Of a stretch of 64,000 nucleotides of DNA, positions 46,486-59,514 are shown one piece after another. A program made the translations under genes and the position numbers. How positions within the stretch are numbered: position 1 is the first letter of the stretch; each line of letters opens with the position of its first letter. Source of the stretch: an uncultured Acidobacteriota bacterium (lineage in GTDB: Bacteria > Acidobacteriota > JAQAZP01); contig CAWIIB010000009.1 of the NCBI GenBank assembly GCA_963836075.1, positions 2,272,001 through 2,336,000 of the forward strand. The letters are read 5' to 3'. The notes under the pieces are model-generated. The model was not told the DNA's origin. It saw only the letters and a list, made by a program, of their open reading frames with translations, and did no database searches.

Positions 46486-46776
46486 GGTGCGGCCAACGTA
46501 ACCAACGAATATTCCAACGAAGGCCCGATAATTCGTAAGGTAGTTAGAGACTGCCTCTTTCCATGTAAATCCACAGGGCCTGAAATTCACTGTACAAAAA
46601 AATGGCTCCCCGGGCGCAGCAGTAAGAGGTGGACCCCATTCTTTGGACAGCCAGACGGATCGTCTACGGTGAACTCCAGGTTGTTGATCACGCCGCCACC
46701 CTCTCGGTGGAGACCTCCATGGGCGTCTGGTCACCGAAGGCCGAGTGGGGGCGATCACAGCATTCTGGGATCCATG

Positions 46777-47820
46777 TCAGCCTTGCCCGATGCGGGCCAG
46801 CTTGTGGATCAGCCCATCGGTATCCGCACGGGTCGTGCGGTAAACGATGTTCACGGTCTCGTCCGCCAGGGTACGCGCCGCGGACACGTCACCGGCGATG
46901 TCCACATCGAGAAACTCGTCCAGCGGGCGGTAGAGGCGGGTCGTCCTGACGCCCAGATCGGCAAAGCGGGCCAGCAGCGATTGGCGCGCGGCCGTGTCCG
47001 GCACCCGGAAGCTGTAGCGCCACGGCAGCCACTGGTCACCGCAGTCCGCAAACGGAACCACACCGGGCAAGTTGTCAATGATTGCGCGCGCCTGGTGGAT
47101 CGTCGCAGAGACGTGCTCCAGGCCGGCGACCCACTGCTCGAACCGTTCCCCCAGGCACTTGAGAATGCCGCTGGGGAAGCGGTACTTCAACAGGCCGAAG
47201 CGTGTGTCCCATGCGACCATGGCGTTGTAGTCGTTTTTCAACATCAGCTTGAGTGCCATTCGATTTTTCACGCCGGGGAACAGTCCATATGGGCGCTGTG
47301 ACGCCAGCCGGCCCATGGCCCCGGCCAGATGGGCGTCACCGGTGATCACCAGACCGCCCCCGGCCAGTTCCAATGGCTTTGCATAGCCGAAACTCACCAC
47401 ACCCACATCCCCACGCGCGCCCAGCGGCACGCCGCCAACCCGGCCACCGTAGGCCTGACAGGCGTCCTCGACCACTACGCATCGCTTCGGTAATTCAAGC
47501 GTCCGGATGATATCGATGTCGGCGGGACGCCCGAAGGCATCGATGGCGACGATGGCGGCAACCCGTTCGTCCAACGCGCTCGCCAGAGCGGACAATGAGA
47601 AATCGTAGGTCTCTGCCGACATGTCGACCATGACGGGCATGCCGGCGGCGGCCAGGACGGACACGGCGACGTTGGGACAGGCCAGCGCGGGGATGAGAAC
47701 ACGGCGCCCCTGAACACCGGCCGCCCGCAGGGCCAGGGACAGTCCCACGGTTCCGCTTCCCACCGGCTGACAGTGATCGGCTCCGAACCAGGCGCGAATG
47801 TTATCCGGGATCTGTGTCAT
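46777..47820 (-). CDS. Divergent DegT/DnrJ-family PLP aminotransferase
   Basis: 'GSGTVGL', 'VEDACQAYG', 'SFGYAKPLELAGGG'. Confidence 0.75.
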   Translation of the reverse strand: MTQIPDNIRAWFGADHCQPVGSGTVGLSLALRAAGVQGRRVLIPALACPNVAVSVLAAAGMPVMVDMSAETYDFSLSALASALDERVAAIVAIDAFGRPADIDIIRTLELPKRCVVVEDACQAYGGRVGGVPLGARGDVGVVSFGYAKPLELAGGGLVITGDAHLAGAMGRLASQRPYGLFPGVKNRMALKLMLKNDYNAMVAWDTRFGLLKYRFPSGILKCLGERFEQWVAGLEHVSATIHQARAIIDNLPGVVPFADCGDQWLPWRYSFRVPDTAARQSLLARFADLGVRTTRLYRPLDEFLDVDIAGDVSAARTLADETVNIVYRTTRADTDGLIHKLARIGQG

Positions 47821-48724
47821 GCTGGTCGCGTGCTTCCAGTTCTTTCACGATTCGATCGATCTCGGCCGACCGCGTCTCGTGGTCCGTTTCTTTGCCGGCG
47901 CTGGCCGTAAAGGCCAGGGGTGCTGAGCCCGTCCGGTGTTGCAGTGTCACACCGGCAGCGGCGTATGTCGACAAAGCCCATTCAATCAACGCGGCCGGCC
48001 GGCTGCAGAAGTCCTCGTAACGGATAGTGAAATTATGGTTGTCCGGGACGCTCCGCAGGGCCTGGGTGATGCTTTGCTCGACGCCCCACATCTGGTGTAC
48101 GACACGCTCCAGCTCGGTTGTAAAAGTCTGGTCGTGAAACTGTGGCGGCGCCACGCCCCACCACTGGGTGGCGGGCACGTCGTGCGCCACACGGCTCTTG
48201 AGCACCGACGCCACGGTATCTCCCATATCGCGGGAAACGTGGATGAACCTCGCGTCGGGAAACAACCACAGGAGGTGTGCGATCCGCACCGAGTTCGCGT
48301 TGTTCTTGTTGGCGAAGGGTGCGCCAAAGATCGACTCGTATGCACGCACGATGGTCCGTAATTCGTGCAACCGGTCGACCCTTACGGGATGATCCAACTC
48401 GTAGCGTGGAAACCAGCGGTGAAAGATCTCCCAGCCGTCGCTGGGGGCGGCGGCGCCGTGGATGACCCCGTACGCACTGTCATACGATGGTTCGAACCGG
48501 TAGCGCTTCCTGGCCCACCAGCCAAAGGTTATGCACGCATTGGGGTGCTGTTTCGCCAGGTTGGGGAAATAGGCGAAGACCAGGGAGTTGAGCAGATGCT
48601 GGATGACCACGGTGGTCCCGCTGCGGGGCGCCCCCACGACGAACAACGGCGGATACCGATTCTTCAGCTTCGCGGCAGCCACGACGGCGGACTCCAATAC
48701 CCCCGCTGTTCGACTCAGCAACAC
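47801..48724 (-). CDS. PAPS-dependent sulfotransferase
   Basis: 5'-PSB 'VGAPRSGTT', 3'-PB 'FIHVSRD...VAS', 'IRYEDFCSRP'. Confidence 0.85.
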   Translation of the reverse strand: MLLSRTAGVLESAVVAAAKLKNRYPPLFVVGAPRSGTTVVIQHLLNSLVFAYFPNLAKQHPNACITFGWWARKRYRFEPSYDSAYGVIHGAAAPSDGWEIFHRWFPRYELDHPVRVDRLHELRTIVRAYESIFGAPFANKNNANSVRIAHLLWLFPDARFIHVSRDMGDTVASVLKSRVAHDVPATQWWGVAPPQFHDQTFTTELERVVHQMWGVEQSITQALRSVPDNHNFTIRYEDFCSRPAALIEWALSTYAAAGVTLQHRTGSAPLAFTASAGKETDHETRSAEIDRIVKELEARDQHDTDPG

Positions 48725-48755
48725 GATTGCGCTACCTCAGCTACACGTATCAATC

Positions 48756-49700
48756 TTATCCATGCCGTTCGGTCAGCCGTTCCAGGGCTTCGCGGGCCGC
48801 TTCCTCCACCTCCGGGTGGAGGCCGGTGCCCAGCAGGGACTCGATCTCCCGCGCCATGGACGGCGGCCCGGCTTCGCCGAAGATGTAGAGCATGTCGCCG
48901 CGGGCCGGCTCCGGCGCACCGCTGAACTTCTCCTGCAGTGCGGGAAGCAGCCGCTCCACCAGGGCGGAGGAGTGCTCCAGCAGTTCCTCCAGCACCATCA
49001 TTGCGCCCAGACGCACCGACATGGCCTCACTGGCCAGCAGGCTGCAGAGGGCCGGGCTCGCCTCTCCCGTCTCCACCATCAGCCGGGTCAGCGGCCCGGC
49101 GTTACCATTCTCCAGCAGGCGCACCAGGACACCGGCGTCGATGTTCACCCGGTCACCGGGCGCCAGCAGCGCCTCCAGGTCCCCGGGGCGTATGCTGCCG
49201 GTCCAGCGAAAGGTCCGGTCGAGGATCAGTGTGGGCACCGACTTGATCCGGTCGGCCTCGGCCAGGTCGCCGCAGGCCTCACTGTCGATGATCTCCAGGC
49301 GGAGTGTTCCTCCGGGAACGATGAGCGGCAGCAGGGCCCGAACCGCGGCGGGGCAATGGGGGCAGGCGGCAGCGACATAGATCTGCAGGGAAGCAGCACG
49401 GAAGGTTCCGTGATCGCCGTCGCCGGCAAGGGCTTCGAGGAACGGTTCCAGTTCAGTGCCTGTTGGCGCCGCCCGATAGAGAATCGCGCCCTGCCGCAGG
49501 TTCAGCGCGGGGAGTTCGTCATCGGCGGGCGGGGATTCACTGACCGTCAACATTTCGCAGCTGTCGGCCAGCCAGGTGCAGAACTCGCGGAGCTGTTCGG
49601 TGCGCGGGTGGTCAGCGGTCGTCAAGCGGATTTCCAGGGGCCGGTGCTGTTCCTTCGACCACCGGTCAACGGTCTCCCGCGCCTGCTCGCTGATCCTCAT
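48756..49700 (-). CDS. Thioredoxin-fold (AhpF-N/PDO-like) protein with C-terminal HEAT-like helices
   Basis: 'CPHCP', cis-Pro loop 'IKSVPT', 'VRLGAMMVLE...RGDMLYIFGE'. Confidence 0.75.
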   Translation of the reverse strand: MRISEQARETVDRWSKEQHRPLEIRLTTADHPRTEQLREFCTWLADSCEMLTVSESPPADDELPALNLRQGAILYRAAPTGTELEPFLEALAGDGDHGTFRAASLQIYVAAACPHCPAAVRALLPLIVPGGTLRLEIIDSEACGDLAEADRIKSVPTLILDRTFRWTGSIRPGDLEALLAPGDRVNIDAGVLVRLLENGNAGPLTRLMVETGEASPALCSLLASEAMSVRLGAMMVLEELLEHSSALVERLLPALQEKFSGAPEPARGDMLYIFGEAGPPSMAREIESLLGTGLHPEVEEAAREALERLTERHG

Positions 49701-50773
49701 AGGGCGGCCAGCCTGAGGATCTCCACCACCATGGCCAGCGCTTTTTCCATGTCGGCCACGTGGATGTGCTCCTCGGTGGAGTGTTCCAGCCGGGCCCCGA
49801 TGCCCACCACCGCCATTTCGATCCCCCGGTTGTTGTAGATCGAGGCGTCGGTGAACCCGGTGATGAAGGTGGTTTCAGCTTCGATGCCCACCGTGCGCAG
49901 CGCCTGTTTGGACAGCTCCACCGTCCAGGAGTCCGCGGGGATGTCCACCGCTTCGCAGAGGCAGTCCATGGTCACCCGGACCTGGGCGCCGGCCGCTTCC
50001 ACTTCGCGGGTGATGGTGCCCACCATCTCTTCGGCCAGCGCGTGGGCCTTGCCGTGGTCGAGGCTGCGGCACTCGGCGAGGAAACTGGCCGAGTCGGGTA
50101 CGCCGTTGCGAATGATCCCGCCGCTGATCACCCCCACGTTGGCGGTGGTCTCGCCGTCCAGCCGGCCCAGCTTGAGGGCCGAGATGGCTTTGGCGGCGGC
50201 GAGGATGGCGTTGATGCCCTTCTCCGGCTCCATGCCGGCGTGGGCCGCACGGCCCTTGACCTCGGCATCGATGGCGAAATACGACGGGCCGCCAATGACA
50301 ATGGTGTCCAGGGTGTCATTGTCCAGCAGGAACCCGCGCCGGGCGCTGATCAGGCTGAAGTCCAGTTCCTTGACCCCCAGCAGGCCCACTTCCTCCTGGC
50401 GGCTGATCGCCACCTCCACCGGCGGCCGGACAGTTGCGGTGCGCAGCGCTTCCAGCATCTCGGCGATGCCGGCCTTGTCGTCGGCGCCGAGAATGGTATC
50501 GCCCTTCGACCGGATCACCCCGTCTTCCAGCACCGGCTCGATGCCGGTGCCCGGTTGCACGGTATCGGCGTGGCAGGAGAGCAGCACCGGGTCCTTGCCC
50601 TCGCAGCCCAGGGCCGGCAGTTTGGCCACCAGGTTGCCGTAGCCGTCCACCGTCGCTTCGGCGCCCAGGGCGGTGAACTCCCGCTCCAGGTAGGCGATCA
50701 TCTCCGCCTCGTTGCCCGATTCGCTGGGAATGCGAACCATCTCCAGGAACTGCTCGACCATTCTCTCCGACAT
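49697..50773 (-). CDS. M20B peptidase T-like metallopeptidase
   Basis: 'HADTV', 'LGADDKAG', 'EEVG', 'AHAGMEPEKG', 'EHS.EE'. Confidence 0.9.
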   Translation of the reverse strand: MSERMVEQFLEMVRIPSESGNEAEMIAYLEREFTALGAEATVDGYGNLVAKLPALGCEGKDPVLLSCHADTVQPGTGIEPVLEDGVIRSKGDTILGADDKAGIAEMLEALRTATVRPPVEVAISRQEEVGLLGVKELDFSLISARRGFLLDNDTLDTIVIGGPSYFAIDAEVKGRAAHAGMEPEKGINAILAAAKAISALKLGRLDGETTANVGVISGGIIRNGVPDSASFLAECRSLDHGKAHALAEEMVGTITREVEAAGAQVRVTMDCLCEAVDIPADSWTVELSKQALRTVGIEAETTFITGFTDASIYNNRGIEMAVVGIGARLEHSTEEHIHVADMEKALAMVVEILRLAAL

Positions 50774-50786
50774 GGGTCACCTCTGT

Positions 50787-52742
50787 TTACGGGTTCTCCG
50801 CTTTCCGCAATTCTTCCTTGATCCAGTTCTCCATCCCGCCCGCGGCCACCACCGACTGGGGTACCGTGGAGAGAGGCTGGAACCTGAACCGCTGACCGTC
50901 GAACTCCACCTCGGAGGCCGTGATGTCCACCGTGATCTCCTGGCCGGTGTTTACCGTGGCGGCACCGGGGTCGGGGTGGGCCTGGCGGAGGTGGTCCAGC
51001 AACCCGGGGCATTCGATGCAGATGAAACCGTTGTTGATCGCATTCCGTTTGTAGGTCTGGGAGAAGGAACCGGCAATCACCAGCTGGATGCCGGCGAACT
51101 TGAGGCAGGTGGCGGCCTGCTCCCGGGAACTGCCGCAACCGAAGTTCATCCCGCCGATGATGATGTCGCCGCTGCCGGCGATGGTGCGGAAATCCGGGTC
51201 GTAGTTCTCGAAGGCCTTTTCCGCCATCTCCTCGGTGGACAGGTCATCGGTGTAGGTCCATTTCCCGGCGTAGATCCCGTCGGTATTCAGATTGTCTGCC
51301 GGCAGGTAGAGCAACCGGCCCTTCATCCGCCGGGGGAAGCCGCTGATGGTTTCCACCGTGGCGGTTGGGCCGGACTTGTCCTCTCCGTGGCGTTCGATGC
51401 TGGCTGACAGGGTGGACGGTGTCCCCGCGGTAACCGGCCCGGTGATCCGGCCGGCGACGGCCGACGCGGCCACCACCACCGGAGAGGCCAGGTAGGCCTG
51501 GGCCGAACGGTGACCCATCCGGCCTTTGAAGTTGCGGTTGGTGGCCGAAATGCCGGTTTCGCCCTCCTTCAGCGTCCCCGCCCCGAGGCCGATACAGGTT
51601 CCGCACCCGGGCGGCAGGGTGATCGCTCCGGCATCGATGAACGTCTGCCAGATGCCCTGTTCTTCCGCCGCCGACTGCACCGAGGCGGACGCGGCGGCGA
51701 CGTAAAACTCCACACCCTCGGCCACCCGTTTCCCGGCCACCACCTCCGCGGCCGCATTGAGGTCCTCCAGTCTGGCATTGACGCAGGAGAGCAGGTAGGC
51801 CTTCTGGATCGGGATCTTCCGCTTGACGATGTCGGATAGCGGGAAGGCCTCCCGGACCCCGTCGGGGCCGGTGACCCTCACCGAGACCGTGGAGAGGTCG
51901 AGGGTGATGTCCGCCGCATAGCGGGCGTTCGGGTCGGGGCGGAACCAGTCGGTTTCGAAGCAGCGCACCTCTTCCTCCCGCAGCCGCGGGTTGGGGGAGA
52001 GAAGCATCCGTTTCGCCTGATCGAGGAGATAATCACGGGTCTTCTCGTCAAAGGGGAAGAAGGCGGCCAGGGCCCCCCATTCGGTGGACATGTTGGCGAT
52101 GGTCATCCGTTCAGCGATGGAGAGGGAGGAGACGCCCTCGCCGCAGAATTCCAGGGCGCAGTTGAGCACTTCGTCGTTGTTGAAGGTGCCGCAGAGCGTG
52201 ATGATCACGTCCTTGCCGCTGGCCTCCGCCGGCAGTTCTCCGGTGAGGCGGACCCGCACCACCTGGGGCACCTGCCACCAGGTTTCGCTGCTGGCCCAGA
52301 TGGCGGCGGCATCGGTGCGAACCACCGGAGTCCCCACCGCGGCCAGGGCTCCGTAGATGTTGGAGTGGGAGTCGGAGGCCACCACCAGCGAACCCGGGGT
52401 GACAAAGCCTTCCTCAAGCATCAACTGGTGGCCGATGCCGGCGCCGGCGGGATAGGCGGTGATGCCCTGGGCCAGGGCGAACTCGGCGATGGTCCGGTAC
52501 TTGGCCAGGTTTTTTTCTGAACGGTCCTGGACGTTGTGGTCCAGGGTGAACACCGGCTGTTCCGGCAGGGCGACATGCTCGGCGCCGATGGAGCGGAATT
52601 TGGGGATCACCGCCCCGGTGTTGTCGTGGGTCATCACGTGTTTCGGCCGGACAAAGATGTAGTCGCCGGAACGCACACTGGTGTCGGGCGCCAGCCGGAC
52701 GGCATGGTGCTGAGCGATTTTTTCGATGGAATTCTGAGCCAT
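50787..52742 (-). CDS. lysF: Single-chain homoaconitase (fungal LYS4/LysF type)
   Basis: 'EKIAQ..AV...VRSGDY...HVMTHDN', 'DSHSNIYG', 'VRTDAAAIW', Cys ligands 'SCVN' and 'GCGTCIGLG', 'ATNRNFKGRMG', fused swivel domain 'NTDGIY...NFGCGSSREQAA'. Confidence 0.85.
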   Translation of the reverse strand: MAQNSIEKIAQHHAVRLAPDTSVRSGDYIFVRPKHVMTHDNTGAVIPKFRSIGAEHVALPEQPVFTLDHNVQDRSEKNLAKYRTIAEFALAQGITAYPAGAGIGHQLMLEEGFVTPGSLVVASDSHSNIYGALAAVGTPVVRTDAAAIWASSETWWQVPQVVRVRLTGELPAEASGKDVIITLCGTFNNDEVLNCALEFCGEGVSSLSIAERMTIANMSTEWGALAAFFPFDEKTRDYLLDQAKRMLLSPNPRLREEEVRCFETDWFRPDPNARYAADITLDLSTVSVRVTGPDGVREAFPLSDIVKRKIPIQKAYLLSCVNARLEDLNAAAEVVAGKRVAEGVEFYVAAASASVQSAAEEQGIWQTFIDAGAITLPPGCGTCIGLGAGTLKEGETGISATNRNFKGRMGHRSAQAYLASPVVVAASAVAGRITGPVTAGTPSTLSASIERHGEDKSGPTATVETISGFPRRMKGRLLYLPADNLNTDGIYAGKWTYTDDLSTEEMAEKAFENYDPDFRTIAGSGDIIIGGMNFGCGSSREQAATCLKFAGIQLVIAGSFSQTYKRNAINNGFICIECPGLLDHLRQAHPDPGAATVNTGQEITVDITASEVEFDGQRFRFQPLSTVPQSVVAAGGMENWIKEELRKAENP

Positions 52743-52865
52743 GCGGACCCTCCAGCTGTGAGGGAGGCCCGGTGGGTGTTCCGCACCGTCACCGGAACCT
52801 GCCGTTCACAGATATTCTGAGAAAAAAGAATATCTTATCCTGCTGTGCCGGAATCTTCCAGTGGA

Positions 52866-56771
<3,906 letters not shown>

Positions 56772-56939
56772 TCCGGACGCACCCCGCCTTTCTGGAGATT
56801 CGGTACCTCCATCATGCCAGTCGGTCCTCCCTTTCCCTATCGGTGCAAACCGGTGCGGATATAACTGCCGGGGTTGCGAAAAGCGGGTTCCTGGCGGTGA
56901 ACTTTCTTTTGCGGCCAGCGGGGGAGGCCCGGATCGCGG

Positions 56940-57560
56940 TCAGTGGATCAGCCTGGCCGCCCGGGAATTTTTCAGCGCCTGGCAGAGGACACTCACCAGT
57001 TGCGGAGCGAGGCTGCGGCGAACCGAAAGTTTCAGCCGCACCGTATCGCCGTAGTCGCTGGCCAGTTTGGCCGCTCCAAACCGGCTGAGCAGCGGTTCCA
57101 CCAGCCCGGTCTGCGGGAAACCGAAGGTCACTTCCAGGACGGCCGTTCGGTGACGGACCACCCGTGGCGCATGCTCCAGTGCCAGGCCGGCGGCGTCCCG
57201 GTAGGCCCGGGCCAGGCCTCCGGTGCCCAGCTTGATGCCGCCGAAATACCGTGTCACCACCACCAGGGTGTCGGTGAGGCCGGCGGAGGCGATGGCGAAG
57301 AGTATGGGCCGGCCGGCCGTGCCGGAGGGTTCTCCGGCGTCGCTGGACGCTTCGGCGCCAGCGGAGAGGCGGAAGGCCCAGCAGTGGTGGGTGGCATCGT
57401 GCATTTCACGGGAGATGGCGGCCAGGGCGCTCCGGGCTTCGTCGGGGGTCAGAGCCGGTTGGGCCGCGGCGATAAAGCGGGAGGATCGGATTCGTACTTC
57501 TTCCCGGTGGGGGGCGGAGAGGGTGACGTAGCGGTCCGGATCCTGTGCCGCCTCGCTCAT
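56940..57560 (-). CDS. yigZ: YigZ/IMPACT-family protein
   Basis: 'ATHHCWA', 'SDAGEPSGTAG', 'VVTRYFGGIKLGTGGLARAY'. Confidence 0.92.
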   Translation of the reverse strand: MSEAAQDPDRYVTLSAPHREEVRIRSSRFIAAAQPALTPDEARSALAAISREMHDATHHCWAFRLSAGAEASSDAGEPSGTAGRPILFAIASAGLTDTLVVVTRYFGGIKLGTGGLARAYRDAAGLALEHAPRVVRHRTAVLEVTFGFPQTGLVEPLLSRFGAAKLASDYGDTVRLKLSVRRSLAPQLVSVLCQALKNSRAARLIH

Positions 57561-58684
57561 TGAATCAGCAGCCTCCGGTACAGTTCCTCGTAGAGATTCA
57601 CCACGCTGTCCGGGGAGAACTGTTCATGGGCCACCATCCGGCCAGTCTCACCCATGGACCTCCGCAGGTCATCGTCGCCCAGCAGTTTGAGGGCGTTGGC
57701 GGCCATGGAGTTCACGTCGCCGATGGGGGAGAGGTAGCCGGTCTTCCCGTGGCTCACCACTTCAGGCAGTCCGCCGGCGTTGGTGCCGATCACCGGCACG
57801 CCGCAGCCCAGGGCCTCCAGGGCCACCAGACCGAAGCTCTCCGATGCGCTGGGCAGCAGGAGGAGGTGGGAATTGTTGAGAATCTCGGCGACGTTGGCCT
57901 GTTTGCCCAGAAAGAGCACGTCGCAACAAGCGTCCCGCTCCCTGCAGATCTCCTCGGCCTTTGAGCGTTCCGGCCCGTCCCCGATGAAGACCATTTTCGC
58001 CGACATCTGCTCCCTGACCTTGAAGAAGATGGCCAGCACGTCCTCGATCCGCTTCACCGGGCGAAAGTTCGAGATGTGCACCAGAACCTTGGCCGTGGGG
58101 TCGATGGGGAACCACGGCTCGCCGTTTTCCGAGGTGTTGTCCAGAATGTCCCGGGGCAGGAAGTTGCCGATCACCTCGATGGGGGTGGCGATGGAAAAGG
58201 TGTCCAGGGTGACCTGGCGCAGATACTGCGAGACCGCGGTCACCGCATCGCTCAGTTCGATGCCGTACCGAGTGACTTCAAGGTAGCTGCGGTCGTTGCC
58301 CACCAGGGTGATGTCGGTGCCGTGGAGGGTGGTGATCACCTTGAGGTTGATCCGCTTTCGCCGCAGCATGTCCCGGGCCAGCAGTCCGCTGATGGCGTGG
58401 GGGATGGCGTAGTGCACATGCACCAGGTCGAGTTTTTCGTGTTCCGCCACTTCGGCGATTTTGGTGGCCAGGGCCAGCGAGTAGGGCGGGTACTGGAACA
58501 GGGGATAGGCGAAGACCTTCACTTCGTGGAAGAAGATCCGTTTTCCCGGGGGGAAGATCCGGGCCGGCACGTCGTAGCTGATGAAGTGAATATTGTGCCC
58601 CCGGCGGGAGAGCTCCTTGCCCAGTTCGGCGGCCACGATGCCGCTGCCGCCAAAGGTGGGGTAACAGACCATGCCGATATTCAT
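57557..58684 (-). CDS. bshA: N-acetyl-alpha-D-glucosaminyl L-malate synthase
   Basis: 'CYPTFGGSG', 'HVHYAIPHA', 'TTLHGTDITLVG', 'HISNFRPVKR', 'ESFGLVALEA'. Confidence 0.95.
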   Translation of the reverse strand: MNIGMVCYPTFGGSGIVAAELGKELSRRGHNIHFISYDVPARIFPPGKRIFFHEVKVFAYPLFQYPPYSLALATKIAEVAEHEKLDLVHVHYAIPHAISGLLARDMLRRKRINLKVITTLHGTDITLVGNDRSYLEVTRYGIELSDAVTAVSQYLRQVTLDTFSIATPIEVIGNFLPRDILDNTSENGEPWFPIDPTAKVLVHISNFRPVKRIEDVLAIFFKVREQMSAKMVFIGDGPERSKAEEICRERDACCDVLFLGKQANVAEILNNSHLLLLPSASESFGLVALEALGCGVPVIGTNAGGLPEVVSHGKTGYLSPIGDVNSMAANALKLLGDDDLRRSMGETGRMVAHEQFSPDSVVNLYEELYRRLLIQ

Positions 58685-59469
58685 CGTCCCTCCTCCTCCG
58701 GCTCAGCTGATTCGGGGAAGAGCTCCATCGGGTCATTCACCAGTGGCGGCAGGCGGGTCAGGAACGGTTCGCCGTGATCGACACCGGCCAGCGAACCGAA
58801 CCACTTCGAGCGGGCCAGCAACTGCTCCATGAACCGCGGGGTGCTGATGGGGGTTGCCGGCCCGCCGCTGTCCGGCTCGAGGTCCGCCGACCCGCCCTCC
58901 AGAACTCCGGTGGCGAACTGGGTGCGGTAACTGGCGATGGCCCGCTCCTTCACCGCCTGGTCCTCGCTCACGTCCACCACCAGGGATGGTGTGAATGGGT
59001 GGTGGCACATGTAATGCAGCAGGCCGCTGACCCGGTGGGGCGGCTGGCCGGTGTCCACCTTCTCCAGACCGGCCTGGAAGGCGGCGGCGCGGATCAGCAG
59101 TGCGGCCAGTTCGTGGTCCGGGTGGCGGTCCTCGGAGTGCGGCAGTAGCAGCAGGCGGGGCCTCAGCTCCCTGATCGCTCCGATCACCGCCCGCCGGTTG
59201 GCCGCGGTGTTCTCCAGGCCGCCGTCGGCCAGACCGAGATTGATCCGCTGCTGGACACCGAGCGCCTGCGCCGCTGCTTTCGCTTCGGCCTTGCGGGTTT
59301 CCGGAGTTCCGCGGCTGGAGAGTTCGCCCTCGGTGAGATCGACGATGGCGGTGCGGTATCCCAACCGGACCAGCCTGGCCACCGTCCCGCCGCAGAACAG
59401 TTCCACATCGTCGGGGTGCGGGCCAAAGGCCGCCGCGTGGAAGGGTGCGCCAACCGTGGGGGATGTCAT
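58681..59469 (-). CDS. bshB1: Bacillithiol biosynthesis deacetylase (PIG-L family)
   Basis: 'HPDDVE', 'DLTEGE..SRG', 'RHPDH'; coupled to bshA. Confidence 0.9.
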   Translation of the reverse strand: MTSPTVGAPFHAAAFGPHPDDVELFCGGTVARLVRLGYRTAIVDLTEGELSSRGTPETRKAEAKAAAQALGVQQRINLGLADGGLENTAANRRAVIGAIRELRPRLLLLPHSEDRHPDHELAALLIRAAAFQAGLEKVDTGQPPHRVSGLLHYMCHHPFTPSLVVDVSEDQAVKERAIASYRTQFATGVLEGGSADLEPDSGGPATPISTPRFMEQLLARSKWFGSLAGVDHGEPFLTRLPPLVNDPMELFPESAEPEEEGR

Positions 59470-59514
59470 CGTCTGGTCACTCCTTTCATCCGCTCGTTCC
59501 GTGCCGTGGTCCGG

